A DNA stretch of 64,000 bases, taken from contig OY759726.1 of NCBI GenBank assembly GCA_963662625.1, positions 640,001 through 704,000 of the forward strand. The letters are read 5' to 3'. The notes beneath the pieces were generated by a model. That model was given only the letters and a program-made list of their open reading frames with translations, was not told the origin of the DNA and made no database searches. Shown here piece by piece: positions 58,637 to 64,000 of this stretch (its first letter is position 1; every line of letters begins with the position of its first letter). Source of the DNA: Nitrosopumilus sp. (GTDB lineage: Archaea; Thermoproteota; Nitrososphaeria; Nitrososphaerales; Nitrosopumilaceae). A program made the translations under genes and the position numbers.

Positions 58637-59302
58637 TTACGCGTCAGGTCTAATGAATTTCTTCACAGTATATTCTATCGCGTTTTTTGGGGTGTGGTTT
58701 TGCCAATAGAGATCATAAAAGCTGCCTGCAAAACGCCTAAATCGATCCACGCGCTTTTCAAAGTCATCATATGTGAGTTTAATGCCTTCATCGTGATCAA
58801 CGAACATGCGATCTTTGACGAACCAGCTCCCGTGTGCCATTATGTTGCGTAATTCGTTGTCCATCCCGGTCACTATGCTACTTTCAAGTCCTTTTTTCTC
58901 CAGTTCAGAAATAATTCGCCCATACGTGGATCTTTTGCCTAGTTTCGGGCCTATTTTTTTCAGATCCAGCCCGAACAGTAAAAGCCTCTTCATTATTTCA
59001 AATTCCGAATGTGCACATTCGGCAAGTAGTACAAACGGCATAACCTCCTTCTCCCTTTCAAAAGTTCCAAAAGAGTCGTGTTTTTTGCTCAGATTGAAAA
59101 AGACGGCGTCCCTCTGTTCCAAAAAAGATAATGCTCTGCAGTTGCCATAATATTGGAGGTTGGTCCTTTCTCTTATTGACCATTCGGTGTCAGGATCAAA
59201 TTCCGGTTGCTTTTTGAAAAATTGGTTCGAGTCTAAAAACTGGTAAAGCCTCCTTGCAAGAATCGTCATGCGCTGTACGTCACGGTCATAGTTGTAGGAC
59301 AT
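58637..59302 (-). CDS. Hypothetical protein with HEPN-like RxxxxH motif
   Basis: LRNIMAHG preceded by TYGRII; low GC. Confidence 0.7.
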   Translation of the reverse strand: MSYNYDRDVQRMTILARRLYQFLDSNQFFKKQPEFDPDTEWSIRERTNLQYYGNCRALSFLEQRDAVFFNLSKKHDSFGTFEREKEVMPFVLLAECAHSEFEIMKRLLLFGLDLKKIGPKLGKRSTYGRIISELEKKGLESSIVTGMDNELRNIMAHGSWFVKDRMFVDHDEGIKLTYDDFEKRVDRFRRFAGSFYDLYWQNHTPKNAIEYTVKKFIRPDA

Positions 59303-59619
59303 GCCATCTGGGTTTCTATTTAGTTCTAATTAATGGGTTTAGAGTTTTTGGTTATGGGCTCTGTTCAATCAGGGTGATATGACCGTCCTGCAGTTCTAAA
59401 GCGGGCTTTGGAGCTTCTCCCGGGCTGGCCCTGTCGGCACCGGGGTTTAGGAGAACGGGATCCCATCATTGGAATAGCGTTTCAGCTCCTCCTCGGCCTC
59501 CCTTTTGACCTTCTCCATGTCGATCCATTCAGATTTGAACGAGTCCGGCGATTCTATGGTTTATTTGGTCTCGGCTTCTATCGTATTCATGGTGTCCAAC
59601 AATTCGTCCGGGCTGAACC

Positions 59620-59850
59620 TGTCCGCCTGTTCCAAACCACTTCCCTTCCCGATCCATCACCGCCACCTGCATGAATTCCTCGTGCAGGTTGGTTCCCACG
59701 CACTCCCCCGCCGTCCGTGCACCGGTTACCCTCCCCGGAGGTCTTCACGCGCTTCCTCACCGGAGCCGGCAATCCGTTTGTTTGCTTCCTGGCGCGCTTA
59801 TGGCAGATACCATCTGAAACCGGCTTCTTTCGGGGCGCATGTGGTTACTG
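59620..59850 (-). mobile_element. IS110/IS1111-type left end plus transposase N-terminal fragment
   Basis: VGTNLHEEFMQVAVMDREGK; end shared with 12320-12405 and 49137-49230. Confidence 0.65.
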
Positions 59851-59918
59851 GGGAGAAATTTTCAATAATAGTCACTATGGGCATAGTAATTATATAGATT
59901 TCATTTCCAGTTTAAGCT

Positions 59919-60080
59919 GTGGCTTGGGTTGCAGTAGCTGCAGTAGCTGTAGTTGGTGCATTGGCATATGTACTATCAAAAGATGCAGATCAGCCTCGAT
60001 GCCCTTACTGCAAGTCGGTTGTTAAGAGATATGCACGCAGGTGTCCTAAGTGTAAGGCTAAATTAGGATGGGAAGTATGA
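59919..60080 (+). CDS. 53-aa TM plus zinc-ribbon protein
   Basis: MAWVAVAAVAVVGALAYVLSKDADQPRCPYCK...RCPKCK. TATA at 59888-59896 and ATGA overlap with the next gene. Confidence 0.7.
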   Translation: MAWVAVAAVAVVGALAYVLSKDADQPRCPYCKSVVKRYARRCPKCKAKLGWEV

Positions 60081-60418
60081 CAGTTGGAAAATTCCAAACC
60101 CGCATGATTAGATTTGTAAATAAAGTGAGTCGTTATTCTCCAATTTACTATCTAGTAGTCATTATATCCTTATTTCTATTACAACTAGATATTTTCAGAG
60201 AAACAATTCCCATTGAGGATATAATTAACGTGATCATATCTATTGCCATATTCACTTTTTCAACTAATTGCATAGATAAGATGTTGAAACGAAGCAGGTT
60301 AGATCCTAAGCCTTTTCTTTACTGTCCTACATGTGAAAATGCAAAGATGAGGACAAAAGGAGAGTGGGTTTGTGAAAACTGCCAACAGGTTTTTTCACAA
60401 CCAAAAAAAGATGTATAA
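60077..60418 (+). CDS. 2-TM plus zinc-ribbon protein
   Basis: Two TM helices, CPTC...CENC; very low GC. Confidence 0.75.
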   Translation: MTVGKFQTRMIRFVNKVSRYSPIYYLVVIISLFLLQLDIFRETIPIEDIINVIISIAIFTFSTNCIDKMLKRSRLDPKPFLYCPTCENAKMRTKGEWVCENCQQVFSQPKKDV

Positions 60419-60439
60419 TCCACGTATGTACTACAAATA

Positions 60440-61330
60440 GTTTGTTGCGCAACTCGGTTTTCAGGCACGGAAATAGCCTTGTGAAGACGGGTTCAGGCAG
60501 GGTTACGCACCTATGTTAACCACCCAGGCGTAGTTGCCGCAATGTATCCCGTGGCTTTTCCGATCCGTGACTGGGTTGCACGGCATGGGATTCATGGCCA
60601 GCGCTGGCAGGACTGTCCGGGATGCGGGCAGCGCGTGGGGGTCACCCCCGGCGCGCCTTCCACGTCCTGGCCAGCGTGCACCGGCACGGCCTCTCGTTGC
60701 GGGACTAATAGGGCGTCCTGGTGGCCGGCATGTGCCGCATCATGGTGACAATCTTGTGGGCCACCATGATTATGGCCGGCCCGTGCCTGTCCGCGTGCCT
60801 CCGGCGCGCGGACGCGTGCGCGGCCTCCATCCTGGCGTCGTGCCGCACGGTCACGTCCGCGGCCCCGCGCATGGCCCAGCTGGCCAGGCTGCTGGGGTCG
60901 ATCTTCTTGATCCTCCCCGCGTACGGCCGGTTCCCCGACTGGCAGGCCGCCGGGCACGGCCCGGCCCACGACGCCGCCTGCCTTGGCCCCCTGGACCCCG
61001 GGGACGTCCCCTATCCCGGGGGCCATCAGCACCGCGGCGAGCGCGCCGGCGCCGGCCGTGCCGGCCGGCAGCCTCGCGTCACCGTTGTGGGCGGCCTCCA
61101 TCCCGGGGGCCCCCCGTCACGGAGATCTCCTCCGTCAGGTACCCCGCCTGCCGGGCGCGCCGGCCCGGGACCGCCCCGTCGCACGCGGAGCCCGGCCCCG
61201 CGGACTCCGGCTGCCCCCAGAGCCTTTTCGGAGTGCATGTCCGCGGCGTCCACCCGGGCGTCGTGGCGGCCTGGGAGGCTGCGGGCGCGGCCAAGTCTTC
61301 TTCACCTGCGTGGTCCACGTGCGGGTGCGC
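60440..61330 (-). mobile_element. Decayed IS110-family transposase C-terminus and right end
   Basis: MAPGIG, GRIKKIDP, VAHKIVTMMRHM segments, frameshifted. Confidence 0.65.
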
Positions 61331-61356
61331 GGTCGCCGCAAACGATGAAAAACCGG

Positions 61357-61689
61357 TCACAGCTCGGGGCCGCTGTAGGAACCGAGCCCAAAGTATTTTG
61401 CCACGTCGTCATACACCTTGCTTCTGTGCGCAATCACATGGACGGTGATCTTGCCCTCGTCGCGCTTCACCTCGTAGACGATCCTGTAACGGAAGGGATC
61501 CAGGCGTATTGATCGCATGCCCTTCAGGTCCTGCGTGAGTTTCTTGCCCAGATGCGGATTACTTTCCAGGTCGTCGATGGCGCCGTTGATCGCTTTGAGC
61601 AGCTTGGGATCTGATTTTTTTGCGAGTTTTTTGTAGTTCTTGCCGCAGCGGTTTGATAGCTCTACGGTGAGACCCTTGCCTTCGTCCAC
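61357..61689 (-). CDS. RelE/ParE-family toxin
   Basis: LESNPHLGKKL..DLKGMRSIR...YRIVYEV...IAHRSKVY. Confidence 0.9.
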   Translation of the reverse strand: MDEGKGLTVELSNRCGKNYKKLAKKSDPKLLKAINGAIDDLESNPHLGKKLTQDLKGMRSIRLDPFRYRIVYEVKRDEGKITVHVIAHRSKVYDDVAKYFGLGSYSGPEL

Positions 61690-62006
61690 GGTACCGCCCT
61701 GCCCTCTTTGGCCTCTGCCATGCTTGATTCCAGCTCCTTCATCAGGATGGCGTCGTTTAGGATCTCCAGAGTTTCTTGCTGGCCTTCAGAGAGCCTGGGC
61801 CTGGCAATCTTTCCCTTTTTGAATATGTTCACGTGTATTTTTTCAATGTCCACGGCGGGTCTGCCGGAGCATGCCGCGTCGGCCAGCATGAAAAACGGCA
61901 CCGCGTCGTAAAGGTCGAGGCCCCCTCGCAGCGCCGGGATGCCCTCCGGGAGGTTCATGGCCGCGGCTTTTTGGCGGAATACGGTCTCTTTGGTTTTTGG
62001 CGGCAT
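61662..62006 (-). CDS. Putative antitoxin
   Basis: Overlaps the toxin from upstream. C-terminus ETLEILND..LMKELESSMAEAKEGR is typical of RelE partners. Confidence 0.7.
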   Translation of the reverse strand: MPPKTKETVFRQKAAAMNLPEGIPALRGGLDLYDAVPFFMLADAACSGRPAVDIEKIHVNIFKKGKIARPRLSEGQQETLEILNDAILMKELESSMAEAKEGRAVPWTKARVSP

Positions 62007-62007
62007 G

Positions 62008-62496
62008 TCAGATCATCGACCACTCCTCTAGCTCCTGCCACGCGTCCTCGCACTGTTTTTTCTTGAAATACCCCTGCTTGTTCTTGACTCTCTCGATTAT
62101 TTTGGCTTTTGTCATTTTCGGGTGTATCCTCTTGAGAAAGTGGATGGAGGCCAGTATTTCAAGTCTGGCCGGATCATGTTTTTTGTCGCTCATAAACTCG
62201 ATAAACTTGTCGAATTTTCTTTGTGTGGGTTTTGCAAAATGCCCGGCGGCCGGTATCCTGTGATATACCTCCTGCAGCGTGAATCCGACGCTTGCCAGGT
62301 GCGAGGAGTACGGGCCACGAAGGTACCATGAGAAGTTGTGCCCCAGGTAGATCCCGAATGCCTGCATCAGGTAAACCGTCTTTTGCAGGGTTAGCCTGCC
62401 GTTAAACGTGGACATGTCGAAATTGTCCAGATTCCTCAAGACCACCCCCAGGTTAATTGCCTCGTCACTGATGCTGTCTGACATGTTTGCCACCAT
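62008..62496 (-). CDS. SocA/Panacea/YwgA-like winged-helix protein
   Basis: RLTLQKTVYL and W..RGPYS..L motifs. Confidence 0.7.
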   Translation of the reverse strand: MVANMSDSISDEAINLGVVLRNLDNFDMSTFNGRLTLQKTVYLMQAFGIYLGHNFSWYLRGPYSSHLASVGFTLQEVYHRIPAAGHFAKPTQRKFDKFIEFMSDKKHDPARLEILASIHFLKRIHPKMTKAKIIERVKNKQGYFKKKQCEDAWQELEEWSMI

Positions 62497-63207
62497 TCCT
62501 TGGTTGGGGACTGTATTCCAACGCTATATCTATATTGTTTGAGCCCGGGCGCGCTTTATTTTGTGTGAAACTGTAAGGGGGATCCACGCCTGCCTGATCC
62601 GCGCAAGATCCCATGATTATATGCCCGCGGCATGGTTCAAAAAGATTGCTGGTGTGAGCGTGCCCAGTTCGTCGCTTCAGGGGCGAGGATTCCACAATAT
62701 GCGCGCCGTGGGGCCTAGACATCGGAATTTTCGCCTGCTGTGGGCGGTTTTGGGGGCTGGATGTACCGCTGCCCTGACACGTCCATATAAAAACCCCTGA
62801 AATTCCATGGTGGTACGACCCGTAGCCCGGGGGCGGCTCCAAGCGTAGACGCCCAAAGTCCCCGCTGTCGTGCCGGGGCACGTTGCTGACCTCCCCTAGG
62901 CGGATCCCGCAGTGTCTGCCGCGCTGCCATTGATGGCCATTCGTGGCCCCGTGCCGTGCGGCATGCCCGCACGCATCCCGTCATGCCCGCACGCTTGCCC
63001 TCGATTATGACCCCGGGCGTCCCCATGGGATCCTGACCGGCCTCCATGATCTAGGTACGTCTGATCACACTGCAAATGTTTTTTCGCCGGATGATCCAAT
63101 AATATTTTCTCTGCCCACAAAACCATATTTTGCAGTAGAAATCGTTGGCATCTGGAATAAAAGCAGGAAAGCAGGAGATATATACCGCTGTCAACGGGAG
63201 CAGGATC

Positions 63208-63972
63208 ATGCAGGAGAGAATGCTGAGCACCGTGGGGATGCGGCGGGAGGCAGGCTCCAAGTACGTGGTCTCGTATGGGGGCGGCATCAACTCCACCGCA
63301 ATGATCGTTTTTTTGGTCAACAGGAAACTCCCACTTGACTACGTCGTGTTCTCTGACACTGGTGACGAGATGCCTGAAACGTACGAGTACTTGGACGTGA
63401 TGGGAAGGTATCTCAGGAGAAGGAACATAGCGTTTGAGGTCGTAAGGGTACGAAACAAGACATCGCTGTCAGATCGATGCCTCAAGCGGAAAGTGATCCC
63501 GTCGCAGATCTGGAGGTGGTGCACCCGCGACATGAAGGTGAGGCCCATACACGCGTTTTACCGGAAACTGCACGCCCACGTCTACCAGTACATGGGGATC
63601 GACTACGGGGAGGTCCGCAGGATGAAGCCCGCAAAAGTCGACTATGTGACCAACCTGTACCCGCTAATAGACTTTAAGATGGGGAGAGACGAGTGCGTCC
63701 GAGTGATCAAAAAGGCCAGGCTTCCAATTCCGGTGAAGAGCGGGTGCTACATGTGCCCGTTCAACAACATTGAGAGGTGGCAGGAAATCTATGAGAAGCA
63801 CCCTGATCTGTACCGATACGCCATGAAGGTTGAGGAGAACGGCAAGCATTTTGGGAAGCAGAGCCTGGCACCGAAGGGGCATACGCTGCGCGGGCTGGAA
63901 GGACTAATCAAGACAGGAAGGTTGCCCGTCGTCCAGGTTGACAGCCCATGCGGCAGTGAGTGCATGGTCTAG
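63208..63972 (+). CDS. PAPS-reductase-like PP-loop protein
   Basis: SYGGGINS, DTGDE, RWCT..MK..P, YPL, KSGCYMCPF; ATG about 24 nt after a TATA-like GATATATA. Confidence 0.85.
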   Translation: MQERMLSTVGMRREAGSKYVVSYGGGINSTAMIVFLVNRKLPLDYVVFSDTGDEMPETYEYLDVMGRYLRRRNIAFEVVRVRNKTSLSDRCLKRKVIPSQIWRWCTRDMKVRPIHAFYRKLHAHVYQYMGIDYGEVRRMKPAKVDYVTNLYPLIDFKMGRDECVRVIKKARLPIPVKSGCYMCPFNNIERWQEIYEKHPDLYRYAMKVEENGKHFGKQSLAPKGHTLRGLEGLIKTGRLPVVQVDSPCGSECMV

Positions 63973-64000
63973 TTTTCCTCCCCCGCCGGATCGTCTATAT

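Noticed and set aside
51500-64000. Integron cassette array or provirus
   Set aside because: No integrase, recurring attC-like sites or virion genes, and gene orientations are mixed

Overview
High-GC archaeal DNA, most consistent with a host-associated Nitrosopumilaceae (Thaumarchaeota). The basis is tiaS, dph2, an intron-containing initiator tRNA, TATA-driven leaderless genes and a his/thrC/hmgA block. A housekeeping block (about 20.2-41.4 kb) holds SIS-domain isomerase, MoaD-ThiF fusion, thrC, hisG-D-C-HAD-B-H-A-F-I, hmgA, PQQ-type dehydrogenase, tRNA-iMet, tiaS, dph2 and a Zn-dehydrogenase, with one intact-looking ISH3-type IS. Flanking it are three ~2,400-aa secreted protein paralogs: A (3398-10636), B (12424-19683) and C (41570-48835). 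Each has Ig-like repeats, a branched-chain-amino-acid-type substrate-binding domain and SdrD_B-like repeats. B and C are nearly identical except in the N-terminal domain, where C matches A, and in the predicted ligand-pocket loops, which points to patchwork gene conversion. Each paralog is preceded by an unannotated leaderless CxxC peptide ORF ending one base before the start codon, and in A that codon is ACG. The right end (49-64 kb) is an accessory/defence-like island with AbiV, a HEPN-motif protein, a RelE-type TA pair, a PAPS-reductase-like gene and small membrane proteins. It also contains many IS110/IS630/IS66 relics. Decayed sequences show strongly one-directional A>G/T>C change. All comparisons were made by eye, without database searches.
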